Assembly (NCBI GenBank): GCA_004554455.1
Contig: SFMG01000003.1
Coordinates: 43,305 to 107,304 of the forward strand
Source of the DNA: Bacteroidales bacterium
GTDB taxonomy: Bacteria; Bacteroidota; Bacteroidia; Bacteroidales; UBA932
Reading direction: 5' to 3'
Length of the DNA stretch: 64,000 bases
Shown: positions 40,346-50,918 of the stretch, in pieces
Numbering within the stretch: position 1 is the first letter of the stretch
Layout: every line of letters starts with the position of its first letter
Position numbers and translations under genes: made by a program
The notes under the pieces: model-generated
What the model saw: only the letters and a program-made list of their open reading frames with translations
What the model was told of the DNA's origin: nothing
The model's database searches: none

Positions 40346-42807
40346 TTCAATATTCTTTTTCTTATGAATCCGATTTTCATTGCTTTCCTGAAAAGGAATG
40401 GCTCCACGCAATAGGCATATACCATTGTGGAAATCATACCTATGAGAGTGCTGATTCCGACTGAAGTGAGCGCCGGATGACGGGAAATCAGCAGGGATGC
40501 GACAACGACGCAGAGGATGAAGGAGGCGAGGGATATGGCCGTCTTGTGATAGACCAGCAGATTGTGGCCCTTGCCTCTGGAAGCGGCGAGCAGTCCGTCC
40601 ATTATGAATATGCTGTAATCGACGCCTACGCCGAATACAAGACTGGATATCAATATATTGATTAAATTAAACTGCATTCCGCTCATTGCCATTGCTCCTT
40701 CGGTAATGAACCAGCTCGCACACATAGGCACAAAGGCAATCAGGGCGACGATTACGTTGCGGAAGGACAGCAGAAGTACCAGCAGCACGAAGAAGGAGGA
40801 TATGAGAAGGACGGTGTTGAAGTCGTTGTTGACAATGCTCACCATATCGCTGGTATAGTAGAAAGGATCGACAACCAGCACGGAAGGGTCCTCGCTTACG
40901 GCATCGCACATAGCCTTCTTGTCACCAGGATCTGTGAGGACCGGGGTGAATACCAGCCAGCTGCCACCTACCTGCTCGACCATATTGCAGCTGAGTTCGA
41001 CAGGAAGCACCCCTGACTCTATCGGGGACAGGGCCTCATAATCGCGGGATATGAGCGAGTAGAACGGGTCGAAGATATCCTCATCAAGGCCCTGCCTGCG
41101 GGCAGCCGCAGCTACGGCCGCCTTGGCCGATGCCTGTCTTTCCGGAGTCCACCAGGCCTTCCAGCGGTCTATGTTGGCCTGCATCTCGGAAGTGCTGAGG
41201 AGCGCGGAACTCATCCTGGACCAGGATTTCACGATTCCTTCGGCCTGCAGGGAATCCAGTCTGGCCCCGAGGCCCTTGTTCAGTGCCAGAGCCTCATCGA
41301 GAGACGGGGCTGACACCGCCAGGAAGGTGGACTGGAGATTGTGGTTGAATTTCTCGGCATACACCTTCTGGCTCTCCTTGTTCACAGGGGATTCGTAGCC
41401 TATATGCTTCAGATTGCTGTCAAAGCCTATGCGCGGAGCGAAGCAGAAGCAGACTATCGAGACTATGGCGATGAGGCAGAGCAGCCATCTGCGCCTGTCC
41501 GGCTTGGCGGAGTTGATCTTTTCGAGGAAACGGAAGGCCTTCTCATTGCGGCGGTTCTTTTCGGGATCGAGGAACTGAGGCAGGAAGACCAGGGCGCAGA
41601 ATGTCGTGCCAAGCAGCACGAGAGAGGCGAAGAGACCGAAATCGCTGAGCAGTTCGCTCTTAGTGAAAAGCAGGCCTGCAAAGGCTCCTATCGTGGTTAT
41701 GCAGCCCAGACACACGGGTTTGGACTGTGCCCTGAGCACCTGCTCGGCATCCGCGACATACTTGAACTGGGTCAGCACGTGCAGCACATAGCTGACGGCA
41801 ATGCCCAGGACAACCACGGAGAGTCCCATAGCCATAAGGGAGATGCGTCCCTTGATCCAATAGACGGAGGCCATCGCGAAGAGGGTGCCGTAAACTATGG
41901 GAAGGAGTATGTGCAGGAGATTGGTCTTGTTGCGGAAACAGAGGAGCAGGAGCGCGAGTATGATGAGCAGGGATATGCCTATGGTCAGCACAAGGTCCTG
42001 CTTGATCGTACGGGAATTGTCGGCGGCGTTCACCGTGGCCCCGTGATAGAGTACGCGCAGCTGGGGATTTTCCTTTTCGAAGGACTCGGCCTCGCTGCTT
42101 ATCATCTTGACGAGACGGGCCCCGGACATAGAATCGAAAGACTTGAAGTCCTGGGAGATATATGCCACGCACACCTTCCCGTCCGGCGAGAAAAGATGCC
42201 TGTCCACAATGCGGTATGGCGCATCCCCGGAGAAAGAAGCCTTCAGAGCCTCCATCACTGGATAGCGCAGTCCGGCAGGGTCGTAGCAGATAGCGGTAGT
42301 CTGCGTTCCGTCCCAGTCATTGGACATAATTTCCACATTTTCGGCCATGCGCGCGTCGAGGGCATCCCTTTCGAAAAGGGCGTCGAAGCTGTCGTAGGCG
42401 GAGGAATCGATATAAGCGGGGAAGCATGCAAGGGCATAGTCCATCGCATTCGGCAGCCACTCGTCCTCTATGCGGTAAAGGACATTGGCGATAAGCGAGG
42501 CGCTGCTGTCCTTTTCCATAAGTGCGGCTATGAATTCGTCACAGCCCCGGGCAAGAGCCTCGGCCGAAACGCTGTCGGACTTGGGGACGAACTCCACGAA
42601 CACCTTGTCCTTGACGCTCAGCTGGCCGAAGGCAAGACCGCTTCGGGATGACTTTTCCGTTTTGGGGAGGAGTTTTGTGAGGTCCTCCTCATAGACGAGC
42701 CGGAGTCCGAAAAAGCCGAATACCAGGCTGCTCGCTACAAGGAGGGTCCACATCACGGGCCTGTGAGCCCTGAAATAGCGGTAAATCGCTATGAAAAGCT
42801 TGTGCAT
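40342..42807 (-). CDS. MMPL/RND-family lipid exporter
   Basis: Two halves, each a periplasmic loop plus a TM bundle; GIAVSY and GVGVDYSIF motifs. Confidence 0.85.
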   Translation of the reverse strand: MHKLFIAIYRYFRAHRPVMWTLLVASSLVFGFFGLRLVYEEDLTKLLPKTEKSSRSGLAFGQLSVKDKVFVEFVPKSDSVSAEALARGCDEFIAALMEKDSSASLIANVLYRIEDEWLPNAMDYALACFPAYIDSSAYDSFDALFERDALDARMAENVEIMSNDWDGTQTTAICYDPAGLRYPVMEALKASFSGDAPYRIVDRHLFSPDGKVCVAYISQDFKSFDSMSGARLVKMISSEAESFEKENPQLRVLYHGATVNAADNSRTIKQDLVLTIGISLLIILALLLLCFRNKTNLLHILLPIVYGTLFAMASVYWIKGRISLMAMGLSVVVLGIAVSYVLHVLTQFKYVADAEQVLRAQSKPVCLGCITTIGAFAGLLFTKSELLSDFGLFASLVLLGTTFCALVFLPQFLDPEKNRRNEKAFRFLEKINSAKPDRRRWLLCLIAIVSIVCFCFAPRIGFDSNLKHIGYESPVNKESQKVYAEKFNHNLQSTFLAVSAPSLDEALALNKGLGARLDSLQAEGIVKSWSRMSSALLSTSEMQANIDRWKAWWTPERQASAKAAVAAAARRQGLDEDIFDPFYSLISRDYEALSPIESGVLPVELSCNMVEQVGGSWLVFTPVLTDPGDKKAMCDAVSEDPSVLVVDPFYYTSDMVSIVNNDFNTVLLISSFFVLLVLLLSFRNVIVALIAFVPMCASWFITEGAMAMSGMQFNLINILISSLVFGVGVDYSIFIMDGLLAASRGKGHNLLVYHKTAISLASFILCVVVASLLISRHPALTSVGISTLIGMISTMVYAYCVEPFLFRKAMKIGFIRKRILK

Positions 42808-42824
42808 CGTTTTATATGATAAGA

Positions 42825-45590
42825 CTACTCGAGTCCGGCAAGGCTTGCAATTCTCAGCTTGAAGTCTGCAGGCAGTTTCTCGAATGAACCGAAGGCGTCA
42901 CACATAGCCTTCACATCTATGCTCTGCAGGTGGGAGGCGGCATTGAAAGGATCCTCAGTGATTATGCTTCCGGCCTGGGCTATCTTGAGGAAAGGAACAG
43001 GAAGGAGCATATAGGAATCCACATTGGCAGCCATAACTATCTTGGTCTCAGGGGTAATGTCCATCATACGGTGTATGAGGCCCTTGGCGCCGTTGAGCAG
43101 TTCGCTGCAGGCAAGATCCTCATCGCGGTAGCGGCATTCCACCTCGACCGCGGTGGTGGCAGGCATTTCAGGGAGATAGACTACGGCGCAGAGATTGTCT
43201 CCGTCGTAGCTCCAGCAGGCCTTGCCCTCCGCGAGTCTCCTCTGAGGGTTGCGGTCATAGGCTATGGCCTTGCCGTTGACGGTCACGGATTCAGGGGCGA
43301 ACACCCTTTCGAAGATGAAGGAGAGGGTCCTGCCGGCATCCATATCCCTGTAGCTGCCTTCACGGGCCGCCACCTTCACGAGATTGCGCTTTCCATCGCA
43401 GTCATTGGTAATGAGCGTACTTGCATATTCGACTGCGTATGCCTGGGTGTCGCCGTCATCCTCGTAGTGGACATAGCTGCTGCTGCCCTGGCCCGGAGAC
43501 ACCAGTATGCGGAGCACATTGCTCTTCTCCTGAAGGGACTTGATGTCGGAAGCCGCCATAGGCACTATTGCAGCCGTCTTGATGAACCAAGGGTTCTCGG
43601 CGAGGGTATAGTGAAGGAGCTCCTCGCTGCCGCCGGCATAAATGGTTCCGGTGGCCATATCGTACCAGTCATTGCCCTCAGGGAACCACATCTGTCTCTC
43701 AGTCAGGCCGGTAGTCTTGTCGGCAGGCTGGCAGAGCACGGTTGCGAGTATGTTGTCTCCGAAGAAGAACTCCTCCTTGCAGCTGTAGGACCTGTCGTTC
43801 TCAGGCAATTCGTAGTAGAGAGGACGGCACATCGATATGCCCGTGTCATAGCCCTGACGGGCAGCGTCGTAGATGTATGGAGAAAGGTCGTAGCGCAGAC
43901 GTATGGCTGCCTTGAGGTAAGGGAATTCCTCCGGATAGGCCCAGATCCGGCGCTCTATCCAGCGGCTCTTGGTACAATGGGTCTTGAATATTGGCGTAAA
44001 GACACCGTACTGCAGCCAGCGGGTGTAGATCTCCGCCTCGGATAGGCCTTTTGTCTTCTGCATGTGTCCGCCTATGTCGTGGCCCCAATAGCCGTAGCCT
44101 ACGTTGCTGGCGGTGGCTGTGAATTCAGGCAGGAAGCGAAGAACGCTCCACTCTTCATAGGTGTCGCCGCTGAAACCAATCTGATAGCGGTGGCTGCCCA
44201 GGCCTCCCCAGCGGTGGTAGATGACAGGACGCTGGGCATATTTGCCCTCGGATACGCTCTGACGCACCTTGTCGTTGAAGAATGTGTAATTGAGCCAGAA
44301 AGTGTTGCTCAGATTGTCGGTGTAGCGGCTGAGTCTCCACTGCTGCCAGTCGAGCCACCAGAAATCGACGCCCTGCTTCTCAAGCGGATGTATTACGGAG
44401 TTGAAGTAGGCGTCAGCCCAGTCCATCTGACATATACGGAATGGGACCGGGGCCTTTTCGCCCTCGCTGCCGCAGCGCTGGTAAGGGCCGGTGAACTGCC
44501 AGCCTTCCTTGCCATAGACATAGTCCTTAGGGCCGTCATAGTCGGAGGTGCGGGAAGTGTAGTCGGCCACGAATCTCTCATAGCTGTCCTCGTACGGCTG
44601 TATTCCCGATGCCGGATGAAGGTTCAGGGATGTCTTGTAGCCCAGGTCATGTATCTCGCTCAGGAACTGCTCCGGATTCGGGAAAAGCTGTTTCTGCCAG
44701 CTGTAGCCGGTCCAGCCTATCCTCTGTCCGAACTCGTCCTTAGGCGAATCCTTGGCCATAAGGGTAAAGGTCTCGTGCCAGTCCATGTCTATCACCATCA
44801 CGTCGATCGGAATGTCGTGGGAGCGTATTTCCTTGGCCAGATCGACGAACTCGAAATCCGAATACTGCCAATAGCGGCTCCACCAGTAGCCGAACATATA
44901 TTTCGGAGGAAGCGGAATGCGGCCGGCTATTTTCGTAAAGTCGGCGAGCGCCGCCTTGTAGTCGTGTCCGTATGCGAATATGTAAAGGTCCTGCCTGTCT
45001 GCGCCGTCGCGGCAGGCAACCCAGTTGTGCCAGTCGGCATCCACGGCCTCGAAGAGATGTCTCGAGCTCTCGTCCACTATCGCCCAGCCGTCGCGTGAAA
45101 GCACGCCCTGCTCCATAGGCTCGTTCTTGTGGTTGAGCTTGTCAAGACCGTTGCAGCCGTCAAGGGTCCTGGTCGTTCCGAGAAGGTTTGCCGAATCATC
45201 CATACCCGGATGCCAGCTGACCTTCCTGTCGCCCATGACGAAACTTACGCTCAGGTTGTTCTCGTCGAATTTTCCGCCCTTGTAGCTGAGAACAAGGTCG
45301 GCCGTCCTGATCACAAGCCTGCCGCCCCTTCTTATGACCTTGTACTCAGGGACATCAAGTCTGCGGTTGACGATAGCGAGCGAGGCGCGGTCCTCGAACT
45401 TGCCGTCCTCGCTCCATTCCATACGTATGAGTCTGGATGTGAGCACTGTAAAACGCGCATTGTCGAAAGTGACAACTGCGGCTTCGTCGGCGACCGGATC
45501 CCATTTCTCAGCCAGAGACTGGGCGGAAGCGAAGCCCGCAGAAAAAAAGATGGCAGCAAATACTGCCGCCAGGCTAAGCAGTCTTTTCAT
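42825..45590 (-). CDS. Glycoside hydrolase family 31 with DUF5110-like C-terminus, secreted
   Basis: Motifs GYWWSRY, IDMDWH, WWLDWQQ (nucleophile), FSGDT (acid/base), HDIGGH and YEDDG. Confidence 0.9.
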   Translation of the reverse strand: MKRLLSLAAVFAAIFFSAGFASAQSLAEKWDPVADEAAVVTFDNARFTVLTSRLIRMEWSEDGKFEDRASLAIVNRRLDVPEYKVIRRGGRLVIRTADLVLSYKGGKFDENNLSVSFVMGDRKVSWHPGMDDSANLLGTTRTLDGCNGLDKLNHKNEPMEQGVLSRDGWAIVDESSRHLFEAVDADWHNWVACRDGADRQDLYIFAYGHDYKAALADFTKIAGRIPLPPKYMFGYWWSRYWQYSDFEFVDLAKEIRSHDIPIDVMVIDMDWHETFTLMAKDSPKDEFGQRIGWTGYSWQKQLFPNPEQFLSEIHDLGYKTSLNLHPASGIQPYEDSYERFVADYTSRTSDYDGPKDYVYGKEGWQFTGPYQRCGSEGEKAPVPFRICQMDWADAYFNSVIHPLEKQGVDFWWLDWQQWRLSRYTDNLSNTFWLNYTFFNDKVRQSVSEGKYAQRPVIYHRWGGLGSHRYQIGFSGDTYEEWSVLRFLPEFTATASNVGYGYWGHDIGGHMQKTKGLSEAEIYTRWLQYGVFTPIFKTHCTKSRWIERRIWAYPEEFPYLKAAIRLRYDLSPYIYDAARQGYDTGISMCRPLYYELPENDRSYSCKEEFFFGDNILATVLCQPADKTTGLTERQMWFPEGNDWYDMATGTIYAGGSEELLHYTLAENPWFIKTAAIVPMAASDIKSLQEKSNVLRILVSPGQGSSSYVHYEDDGDTQAYAVEYASTLITNDCDGKRNLVKVAAREGSYRDMDAGRTLSFIFERVFAPESVTVNGKAIAYDRNPQRRLAEGKACWSYDGDNLCAVVYLPEMPATTAVEVECRYRDEDLACSELLNGAKGLIHRMMDITPETKIVMAANVDSYMLLPVPFLKIAQAGSIITEDPFNAASHLQSIDVKAMCDAFGSFEKLPADFKLRIASLAGLE

Positions 45591-45608
45591 ACGATTTTAT
45601 ATTTTTTA

Positions 45609-45626
45609 CAAAAATATCTATTTTTG
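45609..45626. promoter_or_regulatory. Back-to-back -7 promoter elements for GH31 (-) and pgi (+)
   Basis: CAAAAATA-TC-TATTTTTG gives TAnnTTTG on both strands. Confidence 0.55.
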
Positions 45627-45671
45627 CACGTATTTACAAGATGCGGACAGAAATCACAAAACATATAAAAG

Positions 45672-47015
45672 ATGGTAAAAGTTAATCTCGGAGGCTGCGA
45701 CTCCTTTATCAAAGAAGCAGACTACAAGGCCTATGTCGAAAAGGCCCTCGAAGCATTTGACACTCTTGAGAACGAGACCGGTGCCGGCAACGACTTCCTC
45801 GGCTGGAAGCATCTCCCTTCAAAGACCCTCGAAGGAACCCTGGTTCAGGAATTCGAGGCCGTACGCGACGACTGGAAGGCAAGAGGCGTCAACGCCGTTG
45901 TGGTGATAGGCATAGGCGGTTCCTACCTCGGCGCCAAGTGCGCAGTGGAGGCCCTCTCGCATAATTTCGCAAAGCAGCTCGGGACCGGCGACGCTCCTGA
46001 GATCATTTTTGCAGGCCACAATCTTTCAGAGGAATACCTCTGCGAGATGATGGATTATCTCAAGACCCGCAATGTGGCCACCGTAGTTATCTCGAAGTCA
46101 GGCACCACCACAGAGCCGGCAGTAGCATTCCGTATCGTAAAGCAGTATCTCGAGAACTGCTACGGCAAGGAAGAGGCAGCCGCACGCATAGTTGCCGTGA
46201 CCGACGCAAAGAGGGGTGCCCTCAAGAGCCTCTCCACCCAGGAGGGCTACAGGACCTTCGTGATCGAAGACAGCGTAGGAGGACGCTTCTCCGTAATGTC
46301 CCCTGTGGGACTGCTTCCTATCGTACTGGGCGGCTTTGACGTAAGGGCTCTGCTCGAGGGTGCGAAGGAAATGGAGGAACTTTGCGCAAAACGCTGCATA
46401 GAGTGCAACCCTGCCCTCCAGTATGCCGCAATGCGAAACCTGCTCTACGGCAACGGCCTGAGCACTGAGGTACTGGTGACCTACAACCCTAAGCTGACCT
46501 TCCTCGCAGAGTGGTGGAAGCAGCTCTTCGGCGAGTCCGAGGGCAAGGACCTCAAGGGAATATTCCCGGCTTCGGTAACCTACACTACAGATCTCCATTC
46601 AATGGGCCAGTTCGTCCAGGACGGTGCAAGGATAATGTTCGAAACCGTGGTTTCGGTCGAGAAGAGCCAGCGCTCCCTCGTCATAGAAGCGGACCCTCAG
46701 AACCTCGACGGGCTGAATTTCCTCGCCGGCAAGCACGTGGAGGAATGCAATGCGATGGCTGAACTCGGAACCAGGCTCGCCCACATCGACGGCGGCGTTC
46801 CTCAGATGCAGGTTGTCGTGGAGAAAGTCGATGCCTACAACCTCGGCTCACTCTTCTACTTCTTCGAGAAAGCCTGCGGCATCAGCGCATATATGCTTGG
46901 CGTGAATCCGTTCAACCAGCCGGGCGTAGAGGCCTACAAGAAGAATATGTTCGCACTTCTGGGCAAACCAGGCTACGAGGAGCAGGCAGCTGCACTCCAG
47001 CAGAGACTCAAGTAA
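45672..47015 (+). CDS. pgi: Glucose-6-phosphate isomerase
   Basis: Motifs GIGGSYLG, SKSGTTTE, GGRFSV, QLFGESEGK and NPFNQPGVEAYK. Confidence 0.97.
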   Translation: MVKVNLGGCDSFIKEADYKAYVEKALEAFDTLENETGAGNDFLGWKHLPSKTLEGTLVQEFEAVRDDWKARGVNAVVVIGIGGSYLGAKCAVEALSHNFAKQLGTGDAPEIIFAGHNLSEEYLCEMMDYLKTRNVATVVISKSGTTTEPAVAFRIVKQYLENCYGKEEAAARIVAVTDAKRGALKSLSTQEGYRTFVIEDSVGGRFSVMSPVGLLPIVLGGFDVRALLEGAKEMEELCAKRCIECNPALQYAAMRNLLYGNGLSTEVLVTYNPKLTFLAEWWKQLFGESEGKDLKGIFPASVTYTTDLHSMGQFVQDGARIMFETVVSVEKSQRSLVIEADPQNLDGLNFLAGKHVEECNAMAELGTRLAHIDGGVPQMQVVVEKVDAYNLGSLFYFFEKACGISAYMLGVNPFNQPGVEAYKKNMFALLGKPGYEEQAAALQQRLK

Positions 47016-47047
47016 TTAAGAAATAACAGGCTCAGCCTGAAACAGGA

Positions 47048-48109
47048 CTAAAGGCATGGGACGGCAAGCTGCTGTTCCATGCTTTTAAGTAATTGGTACT
47101 GGGCACGGGTGCGGACGAGATTGTGGTCCGGAGCGGAGGTCTTGTAATAGACGTCGCCGTCAATGTAATCCATAAGGAAACGGAGCACCTGCTCGAAGGT
47201 GATGAGACAGCCGCTGTAAGGCAGGTAGCGTTTCTCGGCTTCGATGAGATAGGGCTCCATGACTGAAAGATAGCCGGACATATAGGCATCGTACATCTCG
47301 CGGCTCATGGAGACGCGGGACAGGTCGCGGTCATCCTCGGCCCCGGTGTTGGTGTAGGAGCGCAGGGCGTCGCCGACGTCATTGAGCACGGTCGAACGCA
47401 TAAGGGTGTCCAGGTCTATGGCACAGAGCAGGCTTCCATCGTGGCTGTCGAAGAGGAAGTTGGAGATCTTCGTATCGTTATGGGTGACGCGGGAAGGCAG
47501 GGTGCCGTCCTCGACGAGTTTCCAGAGGTCCATTACCCTCTCCCTCCTGGACTCTATCCAGGAAATCTCCTCGGACAGGGAGCTGACACGTCCTGCCGCA
47601 TCGCGGGCCAGGGCGGCGTCCCACTGCACGAAGCGCCAGCGCATATTGTGAAAGCCCTTTATGACCTCGGTGAGCGGCTCGTCGAAATCGCTCACGAGAC
47701 GGTGGAAAGAACCGAGACCCAGGCCTCCCTGGCGGGCAAGTTCCGGAGTGGAGGCCTGGTCAAAACTGCTTGAGTCCTTGATAAACAGGCACATAGCCCA
47801 CCAGTTACCCTCGTCGTCCTGAAGGCAGAGCTTGCCGTCCGATACAGGAATGACGGTCAGAGTCTCGCGGAGAGGGTCGGAGACACGGGCCTTGATGTGC
47901 CTGGTGACACGGTCTATATTGTCCATCATCGCAGGCACATCCGGGAAAACGAGGTGGTTCTTGCGCTGCAGTATGTAGCGGGGCTCACTCTCCCCTTCCA
48001 AAACGACGAAGTAGGTGTCGTTGATGAAACCCTGGCCGAGAGGCCTGACCGTGCCGACCTTGCCCTCGATGGCGAAGCGTCCGGCGATTTCCTTGAGTCT
48101 GTCTGTCAT
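47048..48109 (-). CDS. APH-like sugar kinase (NahK/MdsC family)
   Basis: Motifs LGQGFINDT, YILQR, THNDTKISN, IDLDT and RFLMDY. Confidence 0.82.
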   Translation of the reverse strand: MTDRLKEIAGRFAIEGKVGTVRPLGQGFINDTYFVVLEGESEPRYILQRKNHLVFPDVPAMMDNIDRVTRHIKARVSDPLRETLTVIPVSDGKLCLQDDEGNWWAMCLFIKDSSSFDQASTPELARQGGLGLGSFHRLVSDFDEPLTEVIKGFHNMRWRFVQWDAALARDAAGRVSSLSEEISWIESRRERVMDLWKLVEDGTLPSRVTHNDTKISNFLFDSHDGSLLCAIDLDTLMRSTVLNDVGDALRSYTNTGAEDDRDLSRVSMSREMYDAYMSGYLSVMEPYLIEAEKRYLPYSGCLITFEQVLRFLMDYIDGDVYYKTSAPDHNLVRTRAQYQLLKSMEQQLAVPCL

Positions 48110-48122
48110 ATATATGTCTGGT

Positions 48123-50918
48123 CTAGAGTACGAACATAAGGGATATGCGTATGTCCTTCGGAGCTATGAAAGCTCCCCAGGACGAAGGGGTGGCGGCCAG
48201 CTGGGCGGACCCGGTATTGTGACGGGCGCCTCCCCAGAAACCGACGCCGAAGTCCAGGTTCAGGTGCTTGGCGAGCATAAGGGAGTAACCGGCAGAGAAT
48301 CCGGCTCCGAAGCGGTCGCAGGTGCCGTTGAGGAAGTTCAGAGGCAGGCCTGAGGCATCGCTGCTCTCCGCTCCGAGGAACGGACGTATCCATGCTCCGG
48401 AATATGAGTGCCAAGGCCAGTAGCGGACACCGACTGTCACGCTGCGGCGCTTGTCCTTGAGCGCACCGTCTTTGAAGTCCCAGCCGTTGTAGCCATATAC
48501 TATGTCCGCAGACCAGTGGCGCGCGAACGCATATTCGACAGAGAAATTGATGGTGGCGAGATCGACCCAGTCCACGATGTTGGTGGAGATGGCGAGAGGG
48601 CCGCGTTCCGACTCAGGATGGCGCTGCGGCTCCCATCCGCCCTTGCCGAGATTGTATGAGAGGCCCATAAGCACCTCTCCCCCGAGTGCCTTTCCGCCCG
48701 TCTTGCCTGTCATGCGACCGAACATTGCACGTCCCCTGAGATCGACTATGAAGTTCATCTTGTCATCCACACGGAAGTCGTTGAGCAGACCCACGCCGGT
48801 GGCATAGTCCTTGGCAAAACGCTCTCCGAAGTGGTTCCAGCTGCCCATCACGCCGAAGTGCACGTAAGGGATTGCGCTGTAAACCCTGTCGCTCCTGAAG
48901 CCGGCGACGGTGTTGGAGAAATTCCAGAGAAGGTCGCCGTGGATGTAGGCGCTGTCATATTCGTTGCCGTTATCCTTGGCCATATTCTCGTAAAGAAGGC
49001 CGAGACGGGTACCCCACTGAGGAGAGAACCACTTGCCGACTGCAAGTTCCATTGCCGGGGCCGGACGTCCGTTGAAGCGCTGCCAGGTGTCCAGGACGAG
49101 GGAGAAACCGCCGCTGCTCTGGAAGAACCAATTGTCCCAGAGGCCGTTGAGATAGGTTCCGTCACCGTTGTTGTCCCACCAGTTCTTGCCAAGTTCGAAG
49201 GCAAGACCGGCTGTGGCAGAGGTCTCGAGGGCATATCCGCCGCTTGCTCCAAGCTGTCTCTCGGAGAGAATCAGGCCCCTGATGTCGAGGAAAAGTCCGA
49301 GGCGGTCGGTGAGTCTGAAGCTGTTGAGCAGGCCGGCACCTGCAGCAGGGCGTATGCTGAGTTTGTCGTTGTGCAAGAATGAGACTCCCATAGAGAGATA
49401 TGGGGAAATGCTCCATATACGTTCCGGATCGTAGCCGGCTATGCTGCCCCTCAGGTCCCAGAGCACGTCGCCGTGCACGAACTGCCAGGCGCGGTTGCCG
49501 TCCGTGGTTTCGAGACTGTTGGCCTGGAAGCCGAGACGCGCGCCGAAGCCCGGCGAGAACATCTTCATCACACCGACGTCGAAGGTCGGACGCCAGCCGA
49601 GTCCGCTCGGGTGGGCTATATTCCTGCTGAGCATATTAACGCCGCCTGCGGCATATATGCTCCAGTTGCCGGCGAAGCCGTTGTTCTGGCTGTCTATGCC
49701 GCTGCGCACGTGGACAACGTTCTCTCTTTCGCGTCTCTCCGGCTTGACGTAAAGAAGCGTCCTCTCATCGAAGTTGTAAGTCAGGCCGGCGAGCACGGAG
49801 GCCTGTAGCAGCATACCGCCCTGACGCGCGACCGAACGGCCGTTTATGAGGGTTCCGCGTATATCCGCGAATATGTCCAGATGCGGCGAGACTGCGAAGG
49901 CGTTGTAGAGACCGGCACCGGCGGCGAACTCGTTCTTGAAGAGCGGCCCCATATATTCCATGGAATTGAAAACACCCAGATGAAGATATGGCGCTGCCGT
50001 CCACAGATGCCAGCCGTTGGTCTTGCAGAAGGTGTTGGTCCAGTTCCAGAGCAGGTCGGCGTGCAGGTAGGCGAAACTGTACTTGTCTCCGCTCACGTTC
50101 TGGCGCATGCCGAGACCCTGTACGGCCAGGCGGGCACCGGCGTAGGAAGAGAACCACTTGCCCACCCCGAATTCGGCAGTGCCGGCAGGATAGCCGGTCC
50201 AGCGGCGTCCGTTGGTCACGAAATCGACGCCACCGCCTGCGGTTATGAACCAATCATTCCAGAAGCCCTTGTTGATCAGCCGGCCGGCCTCACGCTCTGC
50301 CGGGTTGAAAGGCACGGGATCCCAGTCACTGCGGCCCAGGTCGAACTGCAGACCGGCCATTGCCGAGGTCATCAGGGCCTTGCCGGCAGGATGACGCACG
50401 GCCCGTTCGCTGAGCATAGTCGCTCGTAGGTCCAGATATGCCGACATATACGGGGTGATGCGGAAAGAGTTGACCAGACCGACACCGGCGCCGAAGCCCT
50501 TTGTGGACAGTCTGGAATCGCTGTATGTATTCAATACCATACCCACGTTCACGTACGGGGCAAGGGTGTATATACGGCCCTGACGGTAATGGTCAAAGGT
50601 TCCCATAAGGTCCCAGAGCAGGTCTCCGTGAACGTAGTTGTAACCATAGGCGGCCTCCTGTGTCCTGATGTTCAGGCCCTGCCATCCGACGCGGGCGCCG
50701 AACATAGGCGAGAACCACTTTCCGAAATTGACGTCCAAAGCGAAAGTGGCAGGCGAGTCGAAGCTGCCGACCTTCACGTTAAGGGCGTTGACGCCTGCCG
50801 CCCCTGCGACGAACCAGTTGTCGCGGAAGCGGTTCTCATAGCCATAATTGGCAGTCTGCGCATATACGGCCGGCGCAGAAAGAAGCATCGCTGACGCCAA
50901 TAAAGTATATATTCTCAT
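48123..50918 (-). CDS. Multi-beta-barrel outer membrane protein: 4 tandem Omp40/41-type barrels plus C-terminal DUF3575-like barrel
   Basis: Four repeats of NWF...GG...GK(W/M)FS..FG.R...(H)GD.LW...PY...G.GL.N.F, followed by AISTN...NFSVEY...WSAD...YNGW...RYWPW. Confidence 0.75.
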   Translation of the reverse strand: MRIYTLLASAMLLSAPAVYAQTANYGYENRFRDNWFVAGAAGVNALNVKVGSFDSPATFALDVNFGKWFSPMFGARVGWQGLNIRTQEAAYGYNYVHGDLLWDLMGTFDHYRQGRIYTLAPYVNVGMVLNTYSDSRLSTKGFGAGVGLVNSFRITPYMSAYLDLRATMLSERAVRHPAGKALMTSAMAGLQFDLGRSDWDPVPFNPAEREAGRLINKGFWNDWFITAGGGVDFVTNGRRWTGYPAGTAEFGVGKWFSSYAGARLAVQGLGMRQNVSGDKYSFAYLHADLLWNWTNTFCKTNGWHLWTAAPYLHLGVFNSMEYMGPLFKNEFAAGAGLYNAFAVSPHLDIFADIRGTLINGRSVARQGGMLLQASVLAGLTYNFDERTLLYVKPERRERENVVHVRSGIDSQNNGFAGNWSIYAAGGVNMLSRNIAHPSGLGWRPTFDVGVMKMFSPGFGARLGFQANSLETTDGNRAWQFVHGDVLWDLRGSIAGYDPERIWSISPYLSMGVSFLHNDKLSIRPAAGAGLLNSFRLTDRLGLFLDIRGLILSERQLGASGGYALETSATAGLAFELGKNWWDNNGDGTYLNGLWDNWFFQSSGGFSLVLDTWQRFNGRPAPAMELAVGKWFSPQWGTRLGLLYENMAKDNGNEYDSAYIHGDLLWNFSNTVAGFRSDRVYSAIPYVHFGVMGSWNHFGERFAKDYATGVGLLNDFRVDDKMNFIVDLRGRAMFGRMTGKTGGKALGGEVLMGLSYNLGKGGWEPQRHPESERGPLAISTNIVDWVDLATINFSVEYAFARHWSADIVYGYNGWDFKDGALKDKRRSVTVGVRYWPWHSYSGAWIRPFLGAESSDASGLPLNFLNGTCDRFGAGFSAGYSLMLAKHLNLDFGVGFWGGARHNTGSAQLAATPSSWGAFIAPKDIRISLMFVL

